Source: Candidatus Omnitrophota bacterium
Lineage (GTDB): Bacteria; Omnitrophota; Gorgyraeia; Gygaellales; Profunditerraquicolaceae
Assembly: GCA_026387335.1 (NCBI GenBank)
Contig: JAPLLX010000005.1
Span: forward strand, 1-59,531
Direction of reading: 5' to 3'
DNA: 59,531 bases
Part shown: positions 27,263-34,948 of the stretch, piece after piece
Layout: each line of letters opens with the position of its first letter
Position numbering within the stretch: position 1 is the first letter of the stretch
Notes under the pieces: generated by a model
Databases searched by the model: none
What the model was told of the DNA's origin: nothing
What the model saw: only the letters and a program-made list of their open reading frames with translations
Translations under genes and position numbers: made by a program

Positions 27263-27850
27263 TTATTGCTTACGAGCAGGCTTTAATATCATCTCCAGAG
27301 CTTCTCCTTCTTTACCGCTGAGTAATTCACGTAATACTTCATTAGCGGCCTTAAGCCTCTCTTCCTCTTTCGGGTTACCTTTAGCCAGCTCAATATATTT
27401 CCTGAATAAAGAAATAGCCTTTTTGTTTTCCTTTAGCCGGCAATGGTAATAAGCCATCCAATAATAAGGGGGCGCGAAATCGGGTTTGGTTTCCTGCGCT
27501 TTTACCAAATAACTGTAACCTCCTGGATTATCTATGTTCAACAAGCCTAAACAATACCAGGATAAATAAAGCTTGGGGTCTAATTTGACTGCTTTAGTCA
27601 GAAAGTTTTGCGCTTGGGCTAAATCTTTTTGGCTGAAATAATCCAGGCCCATCATTTGGAATAACTTAGCGTCATCTTTTGGCGTACTTTTGAAATTATA
27701 AACAGTAGGGGCTTCGTGGGGTTTATCGGGGGCAACTTTATACTTTTTAGGAAGAAGGGCGCACCCGCTCAATAGCGATATTATTATGAATAAGTAAATA
27801 ATATTTTTCTTCTTAATGATTTTTCTTCTTATGCGGCCTTTAAATATCAT
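27263..27850 (-). CDS. TPR-repeat lipoprotein
   Basis: Lipobox LLSGC after a hydrophobic N-terminus. TPR-like units (AQAQNFLTKAVKLDPK..., AISLFRKYIELAKG). Confidence 0.6.
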   Translation of the reverse strand: MIFKGRIRRKIIKKKNIIYLFIIISLLSGCALLPKKYKVAPDKPHEAPTVYNFKSTPKDDAKLFQMMGLDYFSQKDLAQAQNFLTKAVKLDPKLYLSWYCLGLLNIDNPGGYSYLVKAQETKPDFAPPYYWMAYYHCRLKENKKAISLFRKYIELAKGNPKEEERLKAANEVLRELLSGKEGEALEMILKPARKQ

Positions 27851-28891
27851 CTACCTTTTAAACCTCTCCTCAAGCTCTTTTACTTTCTTCTCCAGCTCTT
27901 CCATTTTCAATTCCCTATCCACGGCAAATTTGCTGAATCGCTCCAAATCCTGCATCCTCTCCTTTAGTTCCTCTTCGATCTGCCTACGCTGGCTGATTTC
28001 TCTTTGTAAATCCTCATTGGCTTTGGAAAGTTCGGCGGTGCGCACCTTCACCCGCAACTCTAATTCCGCATAAGATTCTTTTAACGCTTCTTCCAACTTC
28101 TTACGCTCAGTGATATCGCGTCCCTCGGGGATCATAAAAATAACCTTACCGGATTCGTCTTTCACCGGCTTAAGGGAAAAATCAATGTAATGGAGGCTTC
28201 CGTCTTTTGCGATATGCGTGGCTTCAAAACGCACAAATTCTCCTGCCGCTACCTGCCGTATAGAGTCGCGCAGCTTTTGCTGTAACTCCTTAGAATGTGT
28301 CCACCACGGTGTTTCCCAAAAAGGCTTATTTAGGATTTTCGAAACTTCTATTCCGGTAAATTCTAGTGCTGCCTTATTTGCTTCTATTAGAATACCTTCA
28401 GTATTCACTAGGCCGATGAATTGAAAAGTTTGGTCAAAAACAGCGCGGACTATAAGTTGGCTATCCCGCAAAGATAATTCTATTTTTCTTCGTTCGGTAA
28501 TATCTTCAATAGCCAAAAGGATCAGCTGCGGCCTAACAGCTTCTCTGGGGATCCATTCGGCGTTAAGAAACATTACCCGCTTTCCGATTCCAATAAAATC
28601 ATGTTCCACTTGAAAATCAGTGACGGCTTTATGTTGAGGAAGGATTTTATTCAAGAGCTTACGCAGACCCGGAATATCCCATTGATGTTCTCCTAGATCA
28701 TAAATAAACCGATTTATAGTTTCTTCGGGTTTGGTTTTGAAAGTGTCATAGAAAGACTTACTGGCGCTAACTACCTTTAATTCCGGATCCAAAACTATTA
28801 ATGGTTCGCGTACAGTAGCAATAATGCTTCCGGCATATTCAAGCCTATCCTGAATAATTAAATCTTCTTGCTCTTTCCCGTGGCTTTTCAT
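27851..28891 (-). CDS. Tandem PAS-domain protein with a C-terminal coiled coil and no recognisable output domain
   Basis: Two PAS-like modules (...VLDPELKVVSASKSFYDTF..., ...TEGILIEANKAALEFTG...DGSLHYIDFSLKPVKDESGKVIFMIPEGRDITERK) followed by a heptad-rich tail. Confidence 0.7.
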   Translation of the reverse strand: MKSHGKEQEDLIIQDRLEYAGSIIATVREPLIVLDPELKVVSASKSFYDTFKTKPEETINRFIYDLGEHQWDIPGLRKLLNKILPQHKAVTDFQVEHDFIGIGKRVMFLNAEWIPREAVRPQLILLAIEDITERRKIELSLRDSQLIVRAVFDQTFQFIGLVNTEGILIEANKAALEFTGIEVSKILNKPFWETPWWTHSKELQQKLRDSIRQVAAGEFVRFEATHIAKDGSLHYIDFSLKPVKDESGKVIFMIPEGRDITERKKLEEALKESYAELELRVKVRTAELSKANEDLQREISQRRQIEEELKERMQDLERFSKFAVDRELKMEELEKKVKELEERFKR

Positions 28892-28959
28892 TTTTGACCC
28901 TTTTCCCCCTCCAAATAAACCAAGACTTTAGCTGCAAATCAAAAAAAGCGGAAAATAAT

Positions 28960-29044
28960 CGGAGAGGGAGGGATTTGAACCCTCGAACCCTTGCGGATTA
29001 CGTGTTCTCCAGACACGCGCGCTCGACCACTACGCGACCTCTCC
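28960..29044 (-). tRNA. tRNA-Ser (anticodon GGA)
   Basis: Acceptor GGAGAGG/CCTCTCC, anticodon loop CTGGAGA, long variable arm, T arm with TTCAAAT loop. Confidence 0.85.
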
Positions 29045-29055
29045 AAAATTTAATA

Positions 29056-29098
29056 CTTGAGTGCCGTAAACTTTTCCCTTGTCGGGAAAAGTTTACGG
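29056..29098 (-). repeat. Conserved tRNA-Ser trailer element (copy after Ser-CGA)
   Basis: Perfect 15-bp hairpin 29064-29098 (CCGTAAACTTTTCCC / GGGAAAAGTTTACGG, loop TTGTC on the plus strand), followed on the minus strand by CACTCAAG. Confidence 0.6.
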
Positions 29099-29182
29099 AG
29101 AGTGGAGGATTTGAACCTCCGGTCGCCTTACGACGACAACGGTTTTCGAGACCGCCGCATTCGACCACTCTGCCAACTCTCC
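29096..29182 (-). tRNA. tRNA-Ser (anticodon CGA)
   Basis: Acceptor GGAGAGT/ACTCTCC, anticodon loop CTCGAAA, long variable arm, T arm GGAGG-TTCAAAT-CCTCC. Confidence 0.9.
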
Positions 29183-29202
29183 AACAATTTATTAGACAAC
29201 CT

Positions 29203-29257
29203 GCACTCCGCTCGCTTGAGTGCCGTAAAATTTTCCCTTGTCGGGAAAATTTTACGG
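29203..29257 (-). repeat. Conserved tRNA-Ser trailer element (copy after Ser-TGA)
   Basis: Perfect 15-bp hairpin 29223-29257. It differs from the Ser-CGA copy by one compensated base pair. It is followed by CACTCAAG and a second stem, GCACTC-AAGCGAGCG-GAGTGC. Confidence 0.6.
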
Positions 29258-29341
29258 AGGAGGAAGGATTCGAACCCTCGGAGACCTTACGGCCTCAACG
29301 GTTTTCAAGACCGCCGCATTCGACCGCTCTGCCACTCCTCC
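29255..29341 (-). tRNA. tRNA-Ser (anticodon TGA)
   Basis: Acceptor GGAGGAG/CTCCTCC, anticodon loop CTTGAAA, long variable arm, T arm GAGGG-TTCGAAT-CCTTC. Confidence 0.9.
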
Positions 29342-29347
29342 ATTAGA

Positions 29348-30070
29348 CTAAACTACAAAAAGCTGGGAAAGAATAGCCTGAAAAATAGAGCCGGCTATGG
29401 AATACGCGCTATGGGAGAAATTAACGAAAGAAAACTCCTTAAACATAAAATTCAGGAAGAGCGAGATTAACCCGAGGTTAACAATATACATAAAAGAAAA
29501 ACCGAAGATATAATTGCTTTTTAATAAGTCGCCTTTTTTGGAACGAATGGATCTAGCCGCGAAGACCAGATGCAGCGCGGTACTTAGGCCGAATAAAAAC
29601 ATCGTGTACTCTGTGAACCATTTATCCCGTATGAAAATGGATAAGAAGAGGTAAAGAATGAATATGACGATTGTGTAAATCGGCAATAAATAAGGAGCGA
29701 CTTTAACTAAAGGCTGGAAAAAGCTGAAAATAATCTCCAGCAGCTTATGCCCTTTCTCATAGACAACCGCCGGCTCCCAAACAAATAAATAGACCAAAAG
29801 AAATGTCACCGCTCCCGCCCATAAAGACTCCTGCAGTGGGACATCAATATAAGTAACCTGGTTTAAGAAAGATACAGTGGTAGAATAAACAAAGGGTAAC
29901 AAACACAGGCCAAAAATAAGTTTAAGGATATCAAAGATTTTGTTCGCCAGCCACGCCGTTTTTTTATTTGACCCGCCAGCCTCCTGCCTCCCCCTGGGTT
30001 TCCACTCTCCCTTAGATTCAGGCTTAAGTTTAGCCTCGACCCACTTATTAGGAAATTCTTTCTTTTCCAT
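29348..30070 (-). CDS. Polytopic membrane protein, unknown function
   Basis: 240 aa with a charged N-terminus and 6 or more TM helices. Overlaps the serS 3' end by 23 nt. Confidence 0.5.
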   Translation of the reverse strand: MEKKEFPNKWVEAKLKPESKGEWKPRGRQEAGGSNKKTAWLANKIFDILKLIFGLCLLPFVYSTTVSFLNQVTYIDVPLQESLWAGAVTFLLVYLFVWEPAVVYEKGHKLLEIIFSFFQPLVKVAPYLLPIYTIVIFILYLFLSIFIRDKWFTEYTMFLFGLSTALHLVFAARSIRSKKGDLLKSNYIFGFSFMYIVNLGLISLFLNFMFKEFSFVNFSHSAYSIAGSIFQAILSQLFVV

Positions 30071-31316
30071 CTAGATACCCCCTTAGGACTTTAGGTATTA
30101 CTATTGAGCCGTCTTCCTGCTGATAGTTTTCCAGGATAGCTACAACTGTGCGCGCAAGCGCAACCCCCGAACCATTCAAAGTATGCACAAAATCTACTTT
30201 CTTATTTTCTTTTCTTCTGAACCTTATATTCGCCCGGCGGGCCTGAAAAGATTCAAAATTGCTACAACTGGAAACTTCCAGCCATTTATCTAAACCCGGA
30301 GCGTATGCTTCTAAATCATAACATTTAGCAGCGGAAAAACTCAAGTCCTGCGTCGCCAGCATAAGCACCCGGTAAGGAATCTCTAAAAGCTGTAAAACCT
30401 CTTCGGCATCCTTAACCAGCCTTTCCAATTCAGCGTAAGAATCTTCAGGCTGAACAAACTTGACCAGCTCTACTTTATCAAATTGATGGACACGGATCAG
30501 GCCGCGCGTATCTTTCCCGTAAGTACCTGCCTCCCTCCTGAAACAGGCGGTGTAAGCGGTATAATAAACCGGTAATTTATCTTCATCCAGTATCTCATCG
30601 CGAAATATATTAGTTACCGGAACCTCAGCAGTCGGAATAAGGAATAAATCATCGTCTTTGAGTTTATACATATCCTCTTCCAGCTTCGGCAATTGGCCTG
30701 TCCCCAGCATGGAAGCCCTGTTGACGAGGAACGGAGGAAAAACTTCGGTGTAACCGTGCTTGTTGGTGTGCAAATCCAGCATAAAATTAATCAGCGCGCG
30801 TTCTAATTTCGCGCCCCAGCCTTTATAAAGTATAAAGTTTGAGCCGGTAATCTTGGTCGCGCGGTTAAAATCAATAATATCCATATTTTGGGCAAGGTCA
30901 ATATGGCTCTGCGGCTTAAAATCAAATTTACGCTGCTCTCCCCAAGTACGCACAACTTTATTTTTTGTCGCCTCACCCACCGGGATAGACGTATGCGGAA
31001 TATTAGGAACGGTCAATATAACCTTATCTATTTGAACATCCATTTCCTTTATCTGCGCCTCAAGCTGGGCGATTTCGCCGGAAACAGCCTTCATGGAATT
31101 AATCTTTTCTTGGGCGTCTTTTTTTTCTTTTAGCAATACGCTGATTTCGTCATTCGCCTTATTGCGCTTAGCCCTTAAGTCTTCCAGCTTACTTAGAATA
31201 TCCCTGCGCTCGCTATCCAGCTTAATAAAGGCGTCTAAATCCAGCTTAAGATTGCGATTTCTTAACGCTTGCTTTACTAATTCCGTATTTTGCCTTATAA
31301 ACTTAATATCCAGCAT
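30048..31316 (-). CDS. serS: Seryl-tRNA synthetase
   Basis: N-terminal coiled-coil arm (MLDIKFIRQN...) and a class II core (FRREAGTYGKDTRGLIRVHQFDKVE, GSGVALARTVVAILENYQ). Confidence 0.95.
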   Translation of the reverse strand: MLDIKFIRQNTELVKQALRNRNLKLDLDAFIKLDSERRDILSKLEDLRAKRNKANDEISVLLKEKKDAQEKINSMKAVSGEIAQLEAQIKEMDVQIDKVILTVPNIPHTSIPVGEATKNKVVRTWGEQRKFDFKPQSHIDLAQNMDIIDFNRATKITGSNFILYKGWGAKLERALINFMLDLHTNKHGYTEVFPPFLVNRASMLGTGQLPKLEEDMYKLKDDDLFLIPTAEVPVTNIFRDEILDEDKLPVYYTAYTACFRREAGTYGKDTRGLIRVHQFDKVELVKFVQPEDSYAELERLVKDAEEVLQLLEIPYRVLMLATQDLSFSAAKCYDLEAYAPGLDKWLEVSSCSNFESFQARRANIRFRRKENKKVDFVHTLNGSGVALARTVVAILENYQQEDGSIVIPKVLRGYLDGKERIS

Positions 31317-31318
31317 TT

Positions 31319-32767
31319 TTACCCCTTAATCACTCCCAGCGGTCGCATCCTGCAGACGCGCTTGGCCAGGCCCGTATTATGCACTACGCTAACCACATCA
31401 TTAACATTTTTATAGGCTTGAGGCGCTTCTTCCACAATCGTGCCTCTTCCTGAAGCTTTGACTATTATACCTTGAGATTCCAATTCTTTCAATAAAGTAT
31501 CTAGATTAATAGAGCGGGCGGCGGCAGTGCGCGATTTAAGCCGGCCCGCTCCATGACAACAAGAAAAGAAAGTTTCTTTTGCCCCATCTTGACCGACCAA
31601 TAGATAGGAGTTCCTTCCCATATCGCCCGGGATGATTACGGGTTGACCCAATTTTTTATACCTTTCAGGAAGCTCCGGATGCCCCGCAGGTAAAGAACGG
31701 GTTGCGCCTTTTCTATGCACGCATAAAGTTTTTTCTTGGCCATCCACAATATGCTTTTCGATTTTCGCGATATTATGCGCCACGTCATAAATTAAAAACA
31801 TCCCCAGTTTCTGCCAGGCAAGATTAAATATTTTTTCAAAGGTAAGCCGGGTCAAATGCATCAGGCACTGCCGGTTGGCCCAGGCGTAATTAGCCGCGCA
31901 TTTCATTGCTCCCAGATAGGCTTTTCCCTCGTCAGATTTAAGCGGAGCGCTGGCGAGCTGGCGGTCAGGAACATTGATATTGTATTTTTGCAGGCAGGAC
32001 ATCATACTGCGCGTATAATCTTCGCAGACCTGATACCCAAACCCGCGCGAGCCGGAATGAATCATAATAGTAACCTGGCCTAAATCAAGATTAAGCGCAT
32101 CGCAGGCATTCCGGTCATAGAGTTGGTCAATTACCTGAACCTCCAGAAAATGATTCCCGCTGCCCAGCGTCCCTGACTGGGCTTTACCCCTTTCGTAAGC
32201 GCGCTCAGAAACAGCCTCAGGATCTGCCCCCGGCATCGCGCCGTTTTCTTCGGTGCAATCCAGGTCATCCTGAGTGCCGTAACCTTTTTCCACCGCCCAT
32301 TGCGCGCCCTTAATCAAAATTTCCTGCTCTTCTTTGGCGCTCACCCGGATATCGCCTTTAGAGCCCACACCCGAAGGAATATCCGAAAATAAAGCGTAGG
32401 TCAAATCCTTTAATTTATCTTTTACATCTTCATATTGTAAATTTGTTTTGAGCATCCGCACGCCGCAGTTGATGTCAAACCCGACACCTCCCGGTGATAT
32501 TACTCCCCCATTTTCAGGATCAGTCGCCGCCACTCCTCCTATCGGAAAACCGTAACCCCAATGGATATCCGGCATAGCCAATGAAGCATTAACAATTCCC
32601 GGCAGGAAAGCGACATTCGCCACCTGTTCCAAGGCTTTATCCTGACGGATATCCTTTAATAATTTCTCGTCGCAATAAATAATCCCGGGAACGCGCATCC
32701 CGGGTTTATAAGCTTTCGGTATCCTCCAGCGGAAATCATCAATCTTTTCTAAATTAATATCAGACAT
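31319..32767 (-). CDS. rtcB: RNA-splicing ligase RtcB
   Basis: RtcB signatures GGVGFDINCGVR, GSGNHFLE, IHSGSRGFG, CCHGAGR. Confidence 0.95.
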   Translation of the reverse strand: MSDINLEKIDDFRWRIPKAYKPGMRVPGIIYCDEKLLKDIRQDKALEQVANVAFLPGIVNASLAMPDIHWGYGFPIGGVAATDPENGGVISPGGVGFDINCGVRMLKTNLQYEDVKDKLKDLTYALFSDIPSGVGSKGDIRVSAKEEQEILIKGAQWAVEKGYGTQDDLDCTEENGAMPGADPEAVSERAYERGKAQSGTLGSGNHFLEVQVIDQLYDRNACDALNLDLGQVTIMIHSGSRGFGYQVCEDYTRSMMSCLQKYNINVPDRQLASAPLKSDEGKAYLGAMKCAANYAWANRQCLMHLTRLTFEKIFNLAWQKLGMFLIYDVAHNIAKIEKHIVDGQEKTLCVHRKGATRSLPAGHPELPERYKKLGQPVIIPGDMGRNSYLLVGQDGAKETFFSCCHGAGRLKSRTAAARSINLDTLLKELESQGIIVKASGRGTIVEEAPQAYKNVNDVVSVVHNTGLAKRVCRMRPLGVIKG

Positions 32768-33182
32768 CCAGAATAACCTCGGCTAACCAACCGTAATCAT
32801 TTTGCTTAATTTTAAGTTCATGAAAAGTGGCGGCTTTAATCTCGGTATTTACCTTATAATTAGCTATGTCGCTTCCTACTACGAGCGCCTCAAGAGAATT
32901 TCCGGCTAATTTATTAATTTTAATACCGTGGAATATAAGGCCTTTAGCCGAAGATAAAGATAACAATTCGTTGAGCCAGTTAATAAATAACTCCTCCAAA
33001 TTATCCGCTTTTTGTTTGATAATTATGCTGGTGTGAATTTTGTTCCTAGTGAATTGCTTATGCGTGGAAATTGCAAATACGGCGAGTCCGGCGTTCCTGA
33101 ATAAATCTTTTAAGTCTTTTCCTTTTACCCGGATGCCGATATCCGCGGTATGCTCAAAAACTTCGTAAGGTTTGTCTTTCAC
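32760..33182 (-). CDS. Archease (RtcB activator)
   Basis: N-terminal YEVFEHTADIGIRVKG, a C-terminal KAATFHELKI, and a 140-aa length. Overlaps the rtcB start by 8 nt. Confidence 0.85.
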   Translation of the reverse strand: MKDKPYEVFEHTADIGIRVKGKDLKDLFRNAGLAVFAISTHKQFTRNKIHTSIIIKQKADNLEELFINWLNELLSLSSAKGLIFHGIKINKLAGNSLEALVVGSDIANYKVNTEIKAATFHELKIKQNDYGWLAEVILDV

Positions 33183-33245
33183 GCAGTTTTTAGTGTGCGA
33201 TGTGAACTGTTAACTGCTGGGAAGAAATATTGGTTTTAAATTTAA

Positions 33246-33318
33246 TGGGCCATGCAGGAGTCGAACCTGCGGCCTTGACATTAAGAGTGTCCTGCTCCGC
33301 CAATTGAGCTAATGGCCC
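33246..33318 (-). tRNA. tRNA-Lys (anticodon CTT), no encoded CCA
   Basis: Acceptor GGGCCAT/ATGGCCC, D arm GCTC..GAGC, anticodon loop CTCTTAA, T arm GCAGG-TTCGACT-CCTGC, discriminator A. Confidence 0.9.
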
Positions 33319-33733
33319 ATTACTAATAGTTACTCCTTCAATCCAACCAAGTATCTTATATAAAAGATTCTTATCGCAGACTTCAACTTTTATTGTCCCA
33401 TTATACAGGATATTTTTACGATAGCCAGTACCTTCTTTTTTAACATAGCTCTTGCCAAATCGCGAAACGGGCAGGCCTATTACATTCGACCAAAACTCTT
33501 TGCAGCCTGCCCCTATAATTTCCTTCCTTCAATAGTGTCTGCAGCCTATCCTTCTGTATCTCTGTTAACTCAATATCTTTACACCAGTCGCTTACTGTGC
33601 TTTTTGCAATTTTAAACGGCGCTATCTGCCTTAGTTCTTTATAACTCAAGCTCTGTTTTCTTAAATCTCTGACTAATTCTTTCTTCTCCCAGTTCTTCAT
33701 AGCTTGGGATCTCCACGCCTGCCTAATGAACAA
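33319..33733 (-). pseudogene. HTH-domain gene that appears frameshifted, with the downstream frame reading into tRNA-Lys
   Basis: The track ORF 33440-33733 encodes an HTH (SYKELRQIAPFKIAKSTVSDWCKD). A second frame continues RKEIIGAGCKEFWSNVIGLPVSRFGKSYVKKEGTGYRKNILYNGTIKVEVCDKNLLYKILGWIEG and has no stop before entering the tRNA. Confidence 0.3.
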
Positions 33734-33878
33734 ACAGATATGCTTTAAGCTAATAGCCTGAATTACTACTCACTTTTGAATTTGAGATATTTTAACTTAA
33801 AATGGGGTGCTTTGCAAGGCGGAATTTATTTATCTTTAGCTCAATTTGGGGTAAAAAATATACCCGTCACTTTTATTA

Positions 33879-34622
33879 CTATTTCTTTCTTGCCTGAATG
33901 ATTAAATGCCTGCCAAAAAGTAGCTCATTTGACAATAAGATTCTGTTTATCCTCCGGTAATCTACGCCGCCTTTTTTCATTGCCCGTCTTTCCTTCTGCC
34001 AGGACTGAAACTTAAGTAACGGTAATAATACAAAACTGAGAAATTTCAGCGATGGCTTCATCAAATCCGTATAAACACTTTCCGCAGAAAGCCCATTCTT
34101 AAATAAAAGATACTCTAATTCTTGATACCGCCAAACAACAATGTGCATATTTTGTAACCCGCTCGGGAATATTTTGCAGTAATCTAAAATTGGCTCGCGA
34201 AAAAAATCAAAGCCACCCTCGAATAAAAACCTAATCCGTGAACCCAGATTTAAAATATTTGGCGTAGATATAATTAAGGCGCCTCCCGGCTTTAATAGTC
34301 TGCTAATCTGCCCAATAACAAAATCTGGATTATATAAATGCTCTATAACTTCCAAAAATAGAATGTAATCAAAGCTGTTTTCTGGAAATGGCAGGGATCT
34401 TTCCAGATTACTTGCCTCAAATTTTATTAGATTACGGTATTTAAACCTCTCTATATCCATATCAGAAGCAACCACCTCAAACCCCGAATCTTTTAACCTT
34501 TTCGCGCAATTACCATCTCCACAGCCTAGATCCAACACCTTGCCTTTTGGAAGATTAGTAAATAACGCGGTAACCGCCTCAAGAAGATAGTTTTGTTTAT
34601 TTTCCCCCATATTCCCTTCCAT
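33879..34622 (-). CDS. Class I SAM-dependent methyltransferase (small-molecule/Methyltransf_11-like)
   Basis: Motif I VLDLGCGDG, an acidic motif II (VVASDMD), and motif-III-like LKPGGALIIST. No DPPY/NPPY-type DNA-methylase motif seen. Confidence 0.75.
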   Translation of the reverse strand: MEGNMGENKQNYLLEAVTALFTNLPKGKVLDLGCGDGNCAKRLKDSGFEVVASDMDIERFKYRNLIKFEASNLERSLPFPENSFDYILFLEVIEHLYNPDFVIGQISRLLKPGGALIISTPNILNLGSRIRFLFEGGFDFFREPILDYCKIFPSGLQNMHIVVWRYQELEYLLFKNGLSAESVYTDLMKPSLKFLSFVLLPLLKFQSWQKERRAMKKGGVDYRRINRILLSNELLFGRHLIIQARKK

Positions 34623-34695
34623 GTAACTGTGGTTGATTATACACCATCATATATGGGGGTGTCAAATATTAAAATATCGTGTAAGATTATAAAGT

Positions 34696-34911
34696 ATGAA
34701 TACTTTGGCTGGAATACAGTTGGGTAAAAGAATTAAAGAGTGGCGTAGGAAACGTGGGATTACGCAGGAACAACTAGCTGAGCTTATAGATACGAGCTAC
34801 AAATATATTCAAAGAATAGAAGGAAAAAATCCTCCAGATATACGATTAACTACTATCATAAGACTTGCCAAAGCGTTGAAGGTAAAGCCTGCCGAATTGT
34901 TGAAATTTTAA
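34696..34911 (+). CDS. XRE-family helix-turn-helix transcriptional regulator
   Basis: 71 aa, with LGKRIKEWRRKRGITQEQLAELIDTSYKYIQRIEG, the canonical Cro/C1-type HTH. Confidence 0.85.
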   Translation: MNTLAGIQLGKRIKEWRRKRGITQEQLAELIDTSYKYIQRIEGKNPPDIRLTTIIRLAKALKVKPAELLKF

Positions 34912-34948
34912 CTTAAGTCTTCTAATTTGTTCTTATGCCGATACTATT

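Noticed and set aside
28894-29470. Track ORFs 28894-29346 (+) and 29057-29470 (+), with repeated ...FEPP/FEPS...RFSRPPHSTTLP peptide segments
   Set aside because: They are translations across the three tRNA-Ser genes and their trailer hairpins. The internal peptide repeats simply mirror the repeated tRNA sequence.
33879-34622. The island methyltransferase as the modification half of a restriction-modification system
   Set aside because: Its motifs are those of small-molecule or generic class I methyltransferases. No DNA-methylase catalytic motif (DPPY/NPPY/SPPY or a PC motif) is present, and no nuclease partner was recognised.
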